From positions 170,254,001-170,318,000 of the forward strand of contig CM059425.1 in NCBI GenBank assembly GCA_030390025.1: DNA of 64,000 nucleotides, read 5' to 3'. The DNA comes from Squalus acanthias (Eukaryota). The notes under the pieces were generated by a model. That model saw only the letters and a program-made list of their open reading frames with translations. It had not been told where the DNA came from and ran no database searches. Shown here piece after piece: positions 51,605 to 62,489 of the stretch (positions are counted from its first letter, which is position 1; the number at the start of each line of letters is the position of its first letter). Position numbers and translations under genes: made by a program.

Positions 51605-53080
51605 TAGGTTCACAATGGCTCCTAAGCAAGCAACGTGGACTGTAGAACTGTACCTCAGCATAAGGAATCAATGCCTTCAAAAGAGTTGAAAATTGCCATG
51701 AAAAAGAAAAAAATGGGATTGTCTGAGTAAGAATATAAATCCAAATCAGACTTCCACAACCAATAAGCTCGCACTATGCCTGCCATTTGCTTACGGATAT
51801 TTTGACATAACACAGCCAGTTCACTTTAGGCAAGTTCATCAGCTGTTCATCAACTGTAAAATGAGAAATACATTAATTTCCTGTAATGTCCAGAATGATG
51901 AATCCAGCATACATCAGTCCAAGGATTGGTAGTGTCTAAGGTTCAGTAATTTTTGCAGCATCAGTACTTATAGCGTAATCAATTGGATGTATAATATTAT
52001 TAGCACAATTTGTTTCAGGCTTTGTGGCTCCATACAGTAAGCATTAGAAGTATCTAAGTAGAGGCATGTTTAATGATCTCAGAATATATTACCAGTTCAT
52101 GGTGTTAATTGTTTTAGTACATGATGAACACTTATCAGTGCATGCTCTCCAGTGCTGTTTCTAATAGTGCTATAGGTCTTCTTCTTATCTCAATTCCCTA
52201 ACCCTCTTTTGCATAATTCTTTGTTCAAAGCAGCAGCATTGTGAAGCAGAAAATGTTAAACAAGCAATTGAGTAACCTGAGCATTGTTGCTATTGCTGCA
52301 GAATACCTAACCATTAACTCTTTATTCTTAATTGGACCACCCAAAACTAGTTTACAAATACATTGACAGTGTTTTGTAGATCTTACTTGTTAGCAGATCC
52401 AAGCACTGGCTTTCTGCACCAAGTGAAAAAATCCCTAATGAAGCTCAGATAAAGAAAACACAAGAAACAATTGCAAGCCTATCTTTATGAAGCCATGCCA
52501 CTATGTTTTGTAAACCAAAGTGTCATGTGTTGTTAGCACTCCCTTATCAGTAATACTACAGCTGAATTAATTAGGATCCGAATCGATATGGTAGTAGCAA
52601 AGAATAAACTCTGCAAATAATTTGGAGTGTTTTATTATCATACACAAGCTTATAAATTGAATGTGATCCATCCTCCTATCTTTACTCTGTATGATAAGCC
52701 ACCCAGACATATGCAAACTATGCAATCCATTTGGGAATAGGTTGTCAGTTACACCCTCATACTCATTATATTAAAAATAATGGCACACACCACAGTGAAG
52801 CACATCATACAGAAATTAGGTTTTACTCCTTTCAGTTAAATATTCGTCATGTCCCACTTGACCTATATAAAAGCTTGAAAGTGTAGCCCTTTGTTTAAAA
52901 AGTACAAATATATGTATATTAAAAACATGAAAACCAAGAAAGCTAGCAAAAGCTGACCAGCACCTTCAACAAAGCTGACACAGGCCACAAAAATCTGGCA
53001 ACTCAAGAACAGGCCTGAAATTTGAAAACAAGTAGCTGCTCTGGCTTTGCAACTTAAGCTGTAGGTGTAACTAACATTCT

Positions 53081-53180
53081 ATTCTGATGAAAGGTCATCG
53101 ACCTGCAATGTTAACTCTGTTTCTCGCTCCACAGATACTGCCTGAACAGCTGAGTATTTCCAGCATTTTTTGTTTTTATT
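53081..53180 (+). mobile_element. Solo Penelope family 1 terminus, hammerhead core mutated (GAAA to GCAA)
   Basis: CTGATGAAAGGTCATCGACCTGCAATGTTAAC followed by the family 1 downstream sequence. Confidence 0.75.
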
Positions 53181-54099
53181 CCTTTCCTTGTATTTGCGGA
53201 GGGCGGGGGAACAGAAGTCCATGAACCCCTAAAGGGGAAATCAAAATGTTGAAGGCACAGAATTGGTGATGCATTTCTAGGCTTTCCAGGGGCATGGTCC
53301 CCAGAAATTGTTGATTTTTTTATATTTGTACTGGAATCATTAGCCATGTCTGCAGAGGATAGCAATGATCACCAGTCACCCATCCTGATACATGGTTCTG
53401 TCATCAGGGCTGATATGATGGATTGGTACATGACAGCTTCCTGGGTAGGGTGCATTAACATGCAGGATAAGGTGTTTGGCATCACACATTAGCTGGATGT
53501 TTATTAAATGCGAAGTTTTGCTATTAACAAAATTAAGGGGTTTGTGCAAAGGCCTTTCAAGGTCACATGTGTTTTCTCAATTGTTCCTTGCACTTGTGGG
53601 AATCTGGCCAATCTATAAAATTGAACTGTTCACTCTCTTTGTTTTTCCGGTTCCGTTGAGAAGATTATGAACTGCAAGGCTTGCCTGAATAGAGCATCAG
53701 TGACCTTCTTTATACAGTGATGAGCTGCTGCCTGATTAATAATCATTCAAGGCTGCCTGTAATGATCCACTGGATCAAAGCAGTGGTCACTTTCACCACT
53801 ACAGATAAATGCTGTGCTCCTCAATGAAGTGGGGTGCAGGTCTTCAGCCAGCAGTTGGCGTAATTCTACAAGAACCTCCACGAGGGTAGCACAGCCTTCT
53901 GAGCCTTTAATGGACAGAGAAATCTAAGACCTTCTGATGTGTTGGAAATAAGCATTTCCTGCAATGCCTCACTCTAATTCCCTCCAATCTAACCTCTCTC
54001 AATTACTCATCATTCTCTTCTTCGTAACAAAAGAAGAGAAGGATTGCCATTACAAAATCTATTTCCAAGTGCAAATTTTAAATTCATCCAGTACTCACA

Positions 54100-54322
54100 T
54101 GCTGAATGAGTACAGCTCCAACAACACTCAAGAAGCTCGACACCATCCAGGACAAAGCAGCCCGCTTGATTAAACCGCCTTAAACATTCACTCCCTTCAT
54201 CACACGGACTGCGGCGGTTCAAGAAGGTGGCTCACCATCCCCTTCTCAAGAGCAATTAGGGATGGGCAATAACTGCTGGCTTTTCCAGTGACGCCCACAT
54301 CCCATGAATTAATTTTTAAAAA
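54100..54322 (+). mobile_element. Deleted 3' fragment of the CR1/Jockey-group LINE
   Basis: Matches 27403-27500 and 27760-27880. Confidence 0.8.
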
Positions 54323-55204
54323 GTCAGGAGAACTCTCCAGTGAAGCCCCAGAGCACAACATAACACAAATTGTTGTCCTGAGAAAATTATAGAAAAATGT
54401 AGGAAGTTTACCAAAAATGGACTTCTCTATTCAGTATCTGCTTCAGAGATACAAGTGCACTGCTAACACCACCGTTTATATAGTTGCAGTGTTTTCCAAT
54501 GTCGAGTTAGGGGCACTTATTGGGGGAGATTTCAGGGAGAGTTTGGCCATGCCCACTCAAGTCCATTTACATGTGGTGGGTAGGCTCAGGGCAATGATTA
54601 TCAGGACTGGTGATTTCTGGAGAAGAGAATTCTGGAGGCCACTTTCGGGGGCAGGCTTGCAGTGGTAAACTATACCACCATATTTTACTAATTTTTGTGC
54701 CTAAAACCATCTGAAAATAGTCTTGAAGAAAACAAACCTTCATAAAAGACAACAATCGGGCATGCATCAGAAAGTTTCTTTGAGGAAAATCAAAAGTTTT
54801 TAAAAGCTGCATTTTAGCAGCTCGTTTGTGATGTTCTTTGGAGACAAACAATAAATAAAAACACGGGCAGCTGTGATTTTCAGAAACCATCAGGTCATTG
54901 TAAAACCTTTGTGGCTCAAGTGTATGTACAGCCAACAGTGAAAGAAGGGATTCATTCTATCAGCCTTCAGTTTTCTTTCCAACTCTTCTGATTGGTTCTG
55001 ACAGCCTGCAGTTGTGCCTTTCAACTGATTTGATTAGTTTGTGTTGCCAACTTCTAATCCCAGTGGAAAAAGTTAATTTTTCTTATAAAACGCTGACAAG
55101 CTGACATACGGGCTGAAAAGCTTATTATCGGGTTGAAAAGCTGATTGTTGGCTTATGAAGCTATCTGCTGGCCTGTCTGAGAAAATGTGGACCTGTGCCT
55201 ATGA

Positions 55205-56100
55205 TAATTCAAGCAGTGGCATTGGTTTTCCTGTAATCAGAGAAGGACCCATTCAACTGTGTAAGCTACAGACCCATTTCCCTCGTCAACAGGGATTCTG
55301 AAATCTTGGTGAAAGTGTTTAGACAGGGGTTCACACAGGAGCTTTTCCATAACAATTAAATAGGATTTATTGAAGACAGGTATTTAAGCAGATACTATGA
55401 AGAAAGTGATGCTGATTATACATGAGGCTGGATTGTGAGATGCCCCAGTAGTGAATCTCTGCTAGCAGAAAAGTATTTTAACCCAGTAGAATGGCATTTT
55501 TTGTTTTATTCCGTGGAAAGATTCACTTTCAGACAAATGTGTGAGGTGCTTGAAATGATTTATAATTTGCTGCAGGTGTAATGGACTGCTTTCAGACCTT
55601 TCGTACTCAGACAGGAAATGAAACAAAGATGACTGTTCTCATTCATTTATTTTCCCACAGTGGAGTGGGAAGCACATGCTTGACATGGAGATAGACCTGA
55701 AGATATGGTAACAGATATAAAGTATACATCTGTACCTGATTTAAGTTGATGCAAGTTAAGGTGCGACTTCAGGTATACAGAACCCCAAGCTACCTGTTGG
55801 ATGTGACAATCATGAAGAATGGTAACAGTCAAAGGCATGGCACTGCAGAGGCAGCTCTTGTTAATTAACCACAAAATGACCTCAAAAGATGCTGAAACTG
55901 GTAGAGACCAGATGAAGTTATCATTGTTGATCTTGATCCTGAGTAAAAGAACAGCTGCTAATTGTTAAAAATCCAGTGACCTTCCTACTGTTCAGCACTG
56001 GATCAATTCATTATTAGATTCAATGCTAGAAAGACTGTTCTATGAAGGGCAAATAGGAAATATGAAAACCAGCATGGAAATCTATATGAATAACTGCAAT
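55205..56100 (+). mobile_element. Ancient L1/Tx1-like ORF2 remnant
   Basis: KDPFNCVSYRPISLVNRDSEILVKV (compare L1 KDP..C.SYRPISLLN.D.KIL.K), GFI..R, and a C-terminal PT...W...LERL.Y-like stretch. Confidence 0.5.
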
Positions 56101-56333
56101 GGGAGGAAATTTCATTTGGGAGAAGGCGTCTTAGGAGATCTCATAACAAAAGCATCCCAGTCAGAGTTTAGTTACAGCACAACCTCGGAAGTTGCCAGGT
56201 ACTCATGGAGAAAAGGAAAAGGATATTGGCTGGACTTCTGCTGTAAATTGAAATTAAACCACAGTATAGAGCTTGGAGTACTAATAGTGAAATATACAGT
56301 ATTGTGCTTCGCACATTTATATCAAAGTATAAA

Positions 56334-59300
56334 GGGGTAGAAATTGGTTTGAGCCCATTTTCAGGCACAGAATGAATGCCGTGCTTGGAGCACGTGCCCA
56401 ATCACATGGACACAACTGAGGCCCCAGATTGGTGCCCCTGACTAATATAAATACTATAGGCGGGCTGCCAGCGCTACTCGAGCTGATCATCGGCAAATGT
56501 GATTGAAGATTACTAATCATGGCAGACAGAGGAGAAACTGATAGCACGCTCCCCACCCCGCCCCAGTTTTCGCACTCTGCACCAGAGGTATTGCTGGAGG
56601 AGGTCGGCAGAAAGGGGGATATCTTCTTTCCACCAGACGGCAGGAAAATATCCAATCAAGTTGCCCAGCACGAGTGGCTAGAGGTGGTATAGCGGGTGAA
56701 CGCCAGAAGCATCGCCCCAGGACATGGTTACAATGCAGAAAAAAGTTTAATGGCCTCACAAGGCTAGCTTAAATAAGCCTCTTAACTCATATCTCTCATT
56801 ACTCTTTGCTTAGCCCTGCACTACCTGTAGTTCCAGCACTCACAACCCTTTCCTCCCCCGATTACCAACACTCTCCTCTAATCACTGCAGCATACTTCAC
56901 TCCACCTCCTTCTCCTCTTACAGCAGCACTCTGCACCTGCTACGCTCCTCACTATTACTGGCTTCACCTCCTCACACTATTGCCATCTTTCACACAAACT
57001 ATTTCACCCTGACATGAACATCCTCAAAACATCTGACTACTCTATAACACTGACGCACGCCCTTCTTGCAGGACAAACTCGCACACAGTAAGAGGGAGCA
57101 GGTAGCCACAGGAGGAGTGGCACTGTTCATCCATGTGCTGTCCCCACTGGAAGAACAAGTGATGGACATCGTGTGGTCGCATCAGGAGTGTCGCAGTGTT
57201 GTACATCATCCTACCCTCTTTCCCTTCTCACTTAAATGTCACCTTCACACACTGTACATGACAAATTGCTGCTGTTTTCAGAAGCCACTCATCTGTCTCT
57301 GGTTACCCATACCACTAAATGATGACCCTTGTCTCTTTCCGCCATTTCAGATGCTGAAGCTCCACGTAACAGTCATGGGGCAGAAGAAGAAGAGGACAGC
57401 ACTGCAGAACAGGAAGTGTCACTCGACCTTACGTTTGCAAAAAACAGCTCAGAGACTGCACTACATGTAGTTCAGAGGGTAGGCTAGAGGGTCTGCATGT
57501 AGAGATACACCCAGCACTAGTGAACAGGAGCAAGGGCAGAAGACTAGGATGGCCCAGAAAGCAGCGCGCCAGTGGGGGCACCTCGCACCTGAGTTCTGCT
57601 GCAAAGGGCACAGAAGACACTGAGGGCCCACCACACATAATAACACTGATTGTAATCAACACAGGCCTTCTAAGTGCACTGACCTGCCTGCCTGTAAGCT
57701 TACACACAATGACAGAGACCATGAAGGAGTCCGGTTCAAACTTATGTGCTGTCTTCGTGCGCAGCATCGAGACTGTGAGGTGAGCCATGGAGCAAGTGTT
57801 CAGCTCATTCAGCACTGCAGGGGCCCCACAGCAATGGAGCCACTGATGACAGCTCTGACAGCTTCGAGGGGCGCTCAGACTGCTGCCATTTTGAATCTGG
57901 GGTTCAGCATCTCCTCTGGCTTACAAAGCCTGAAGGAGAGGGTGGATCGGAGCTTTGAGAGCTTCCCAGCATACCTGTGCTCTGTTCTCGCACAGAGCAG
58001 CAGGAGTGCTGAGGCTCAACCTCTTGAGAGTGGTTTTGGCTCCACAGGAGAGGTAGATACTGTCCTCTCTCAGCGTGACAGCACACGTGCTCCCCCGCCA
58101 GTCTCTCAACCGGTGCCCTTGTTGGCTCCAGACAGCCAACTGGGCCAGAATGTCCCGGATAAGCCGAGTTCCAGCAGACGGCAGCTGGGTCGTCAGCTGC
58201 CAGAGGCCATTCATTATGGCCATCTCAAGTGCCCTGAATGGATGTTCAGCAGCCTTCCACCTCTCAGGCTGTAGCAACTGGTGAATCACCTCATAGAAGC
58301 ACTAGAATAGGTAAACGAGCAGAAAATGAGTTGACATAAGGGTGATTTGAGATATGCAAGATTCATGTAACCATTTGTCCAATCAAGAATGGAGTATTTT
58401 GGAGTAGTGAAATAAAATGTTTTGTTTAGATATTGGCCCGAAAATTAGACCTAATACGCGAGAGTACGCACTGTGTACTCTCACGTATTAGGTCCCGAAT
58501 TGCCGGTTTCCTGCACGCACTGCGCATGCGCGGGAAACCGGCACTTCGTGTATTGCAAAGGGGGCGGTTCCTAAGTGAACCGCGTGCGCACTACAGGTTG
58601 CGCGCACGCAGTGCACTTAGTTTTTTTTTCAGGTTTGAACGCGCAGGTAAGTGGTGAAGATTTTACACATAAAGAAAGCAGGCATAGGACCCCCTTTTAA
58701 CAAGGTAAGTAGTTAATTAAGTGTTATTTTAAATTTTTTTCAACAGGTTTATCTTTTTTAGAGACTTTAAAGAAAGGTAAGTTTATTTTTATAACTTTTA
58801 AAAAGAATTAAAAAAATTTCAAAAATTTAATTTTTTGTTTAAAGTGGTTAATTTATTTAACTATAGTTATTTTATTAATGTGATGGCTTTTTTTTTATTT
58901 AATTGAGGTTTAGCTGTTCTTTTGGGGGCTTGTAGTATTCATAGCTTTGACAGCCCTTGCTGTCAAAACTATGAATGAAAGATGGTGTGCTGCCATTGGC
59001 TCTAACTGTCCCACGTGATCCCAGAGCTCGCACGAACTAATTGCGCCTCTGGGACACGCAAGCACTGCATGCCGGCAACAGGGAGAGGCCCTCAAACTGA
59101 AGTTCGTGTGGGCCCGAAACAAAAAGGTAGGCGCGGAGTGCGATATCGCGGGGAATCCTTACCCCCGCGGCAACCATCGATGTTTAATTTCTGGGCCATT
59201 GTTTTTGGTCTTCATAATCTTAGTCATGTTTGAGGGCATTGATATGGTGGATTTTAGCACTGGGTCAGACGGAAGGAGAAACTGTTAGTGCTCTGAGGAG

Positions 59301-60190
59301 GGGAGGGATGGTTCAGGTGAATCTTTCCTCAATAATTTGCTGTCTTACAGCTCTGGTAGCTCGCAGCACTGCAGTGCTGTGCTCTTTCTGCAAAGTTCTG
59401 CTGCAAAGGGCACAGATGAAGACATTGAGGGCCCCATTGAGGGAATGCTGGACCCCAGACTCAAAATGGCAGCAGTCTGAGCTCCCATCGAAGCTGTTAG
59501 AGCTGTCATCAGTGGCTCCATTGCTGTGGGACCCCCTGCAGTGCTGAACGAGCTGACCACTCGCTCCATGGTTCACTGCATAGTCTCGATGCTGTGCACG
59601 AAGACAGCACACAAGTTGGAACCGGACTCCTTCATGGTCTCTGACATTGTGTGGAAGCTTGCAGGCAGGCAGGCCAGTGACTTAGAAAACCTGTGTTGAT
59701 TACAATCAGTCTTATTATGTGTGGTGGGCCCTCAATGTCTTCATCTGTGTCCTTTGCAGCCCTCAATACATCCTCTGGTTCCTTATCCCCTTCTTCACCT
59801 TCTTCCCTCCTCTTCAGGAAGCTCCAAGGCAACTCCCCTTTGTATTGCTAGCCTGTGGAGCATGCAGGAAATTATTATGAATCTTAACACTCACACTTGT
59901 CTGTACTGAAGACCGCGTCCCGAGCTGTCTAGACATTGTTTCAGGATGCCAATGGTTTGTTCAATCAGAAGACTTGTTGCATGGTTATATTAGTACTGCG
60001 CATCTTAGCCTGGGTTCCTGACAGGAGTTATGAGGCAGTAGGTGAGGAGATACCCCTTGTTCCCTAGCAGCCAGCCTGCCACCCGGTGGCCTGGGTGGAA
60101 CAGAGAGGGTATTCAGAACTGGCAGAGTATGAAAGAGTCATGATTACTGCCAGGAAAATAGGCACATACCTGCATGACTTGCTTAAATAA
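56334..60190. mobile_element. PIF/Harbinger copy 4, old and rearranged (Myb gene on + at 56519-58350; transposase remnant on - at ~60180-59313)
   Basis: Start GGGGTAGAAATTGG; QFSHSA.EVLLEEV, RTWLQCRKKFN, ttgcag|DKLAHSKREQVATGG..LSPLEE; minus-strand [28 protein letters not shown]. Confidence 0.75.
58435..59197 (+). mobile_element. Harbinger-type MITE family A, copy 2, inserted between the convergent 3' ends of Harbinger copy 4
   Basis: GGCCCGAAAATTA / TAATTTCTGGGCC; TSD ATT on both sides. Confidence 0.9.
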
Positions 60191-61725
60191 AAATGCATCC
60201 ATTCAAATCAAAATGGGTAACCGCAGGGAGTAAATTAAATGTTACATGGTACATGTAAAATGAGGCAGTGGCCCTTTCACGCTAGAAAATGTAGGCAGTG
60301 ATGCCATGCTCCATGAGTAACAGGAGCTACCTCCTTAAGCACACTGCATAAGTACAAAAGTTGGAAAACACAACGGCTTTTTTCACTATCTCTCTACACA
60401 ACAATCACCACTGCATTAGGTGAGTGGGGGAGGTTGAACTACAGGCCAAGCACTGCCATGACAGATTAAGGAGTGGGAAAAGAGAAGCGTGGAGCATAGA
60501 GTACAAGTTGACTGTTTACTTATTCCTTACCCTATGGCCCACTGAGTATCTCATGCAAGTTTATCTGCTTTTGTGAGGCCAGGCCTGTGCGGTAACATGA
60601 GAGCGATGGTATTCAGTTCATTGTGCGGTAATCAATAAACGGTGTGTGTTTGTGATTACACTTATGCCTCCAACAATTATTTGAACCTTGACCTCAGCTG
60701 GTACCAACCCCTTCTCCCTCCCACTGCCCACTACATTGCACTATCAAACTGTAAAACTCAAAGTTGCCAAAAAGAATCACACAGTCTACATTACAGGGCT
60801 TAAAAAATAGAACAAATTGATTTTATAACTGCCAGTTCAGGGCCGCAGTACTTCCAATGACTCTTTGCAGCTCTGCTAAGCTGAACCCACCAGGCTTCTC
60901 GTACAGGGACCTTCTGGTAAATAGTTGCAAGAGACAACACATGAACAATTATGCCCACAGATGCACCTAATAGGGCCCAGGGGGAAACCATCACAAATAA
61001 TTATGTTCAAGAAGTCTTTAATTGCCGACCTGAACTAAGAGAACTCAGGGCTATAATTAATTAAAATATAGTCTGTAATCGAAGTAAACAGCAGACCAGT
61101 TTTCTTTTTTTAAACTAGAGAAATTATTAATATTCCACATAATTGTAGTAAGCACACAGCTCATTAAAATATCACTTAATATTGTTTCCATTTTCATTGT
61201 CATGGTGATATTCATATTCCTGTGAAAAAACAAAACAATATTACTCATCCATCCGAGGACACTAGGTTATCTAAACCCTGGTAACAGGGCATGTATTATA
61301 TTTCAGTAAAATGCTACTTTCCGGTCACATAATGCAGATAAAAAGCAGCTCTAGCTTCAGAAATGCTATAAAAACCTTTTTCTTCCTTTTTCACATGAAT
61401 GCTCAACGTCAAAAAGGCCACAGTGTTGTCATTCTTATCACGTGATGTTGTTCTAACTGTCACTAAATCCAGGGATTCACACTAAGACAAAAAATAAATG
61501 TACTTTGTAAGTAGTGAGCAATGATTGCACTTCACAGAGCAGTAACACAATCTTGTGGTTTTAATGAAATACTGATTCAGTCTCATAGTTTATGGTCTTG
61601 TCAGATCCCTTTACCGTATACCAGTCTTCTAGCTCTGAAAACCAATAAAATTCTTTATTTATGTGATACATATTGCCTAATGGTCTCCATTCTTCCTTCA
61701 AAACCCAAGCTGAAGAAAACTCATA

Positions 61726-62480
61726 GGGCCAGATTTTGCTGGAGTGGGGCGTCTCACGGCGTGCCCTGCTAATTAGACTTGTTCTTGCACATTTAAAATG
61801 TTTTGCCCTGTAAGTGGCTGGAAGTGTGAGCTGAGAACGGCGCAGCAAAGGCAACAGGGTATCTGGGACCTTGGTGAACAAGGGAACAAACAATGTATCT
61901 CCTTAACCAATGAGGTTTAAGGATTGAGAAATAAACAGAGGAAGGCTTGAGCAGTAGGATGAATTAGAGTGGGTGAATTCAATGTCAAATCAGGTACAGA
62001 AAGAGAAATAAAGAGAGGGGAAAAAAGACTGGATTAAGAGAGAGAGAAAAAGAGAGAAGGGAAAAGTAAGAGTTTTTTTATTTAAAATTTATATTTTTTA
62101 AATCTCCTAAAACAATTCACAACCTGAAGGAATGAGACACCACAGTTATAATTATTTACTTTCTGGGCAATAGAGACTAATTGGCAATAATTAACAATTA
62201 TCACATTGTTAAAAAGGTCCTTACTTTATTCATTACTAGAGACTCTCTTGAATGCTTCTTTCCACACATGGAGCAGGTGAACAGACTGTCCCTGGTGTGA
62301 CTGCGCCAATGAACTTCCGACGCAGACGGGGAACTGAATCCCTTCCCGCCGTCCCCAACTTTACCCAATTTCTCCCCGGCGTGACTGTGCATGTGTCTCG
62401 CCAGGTCAGGCATTAATTGCCCATTAAATTCTGTGGAGAATTTAATGGGCAAATAATGTACAAATGCAGAACGGTAATCG
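61726..62480 (-). mobile_element. MITE family C-like copy, truncated by the Gypsy element, containing a foreign insert
   Basis: Start ATA|GGGCCAGATTTTGCT; ~61900-62150 is the reverse complement of ~46000-46235. Confidence 0.7.
62258..62405 (-). pseudogene. Captured fragment of a tandem C2H2 (Kruppel-type) zinc-finger gene, about 1.5 fingers, degenerate
   Basis: LARHMHSH-AGEKLG-KVGDGGKGFSSPSASEVHWRSH-TRDSLF-TCSMCGK: HxxxH, TGEKP-like linkers, correct finger spacing, CxxC. Confidence 0.75.
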
Positions 62481-62489
62481 AGGTCGTAT

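Noticed and set aside
53690..53900. Faint Harbinger transposase remnant on the minus strand (VKVTTAL...GSLQAA)
   Set aside because: Only a short motif match; not delimited well enough to annotate.
60290..60715. Possible LTR-like segment with AATAAA
   Set aside because: Boundaries and TSD could not be identified.
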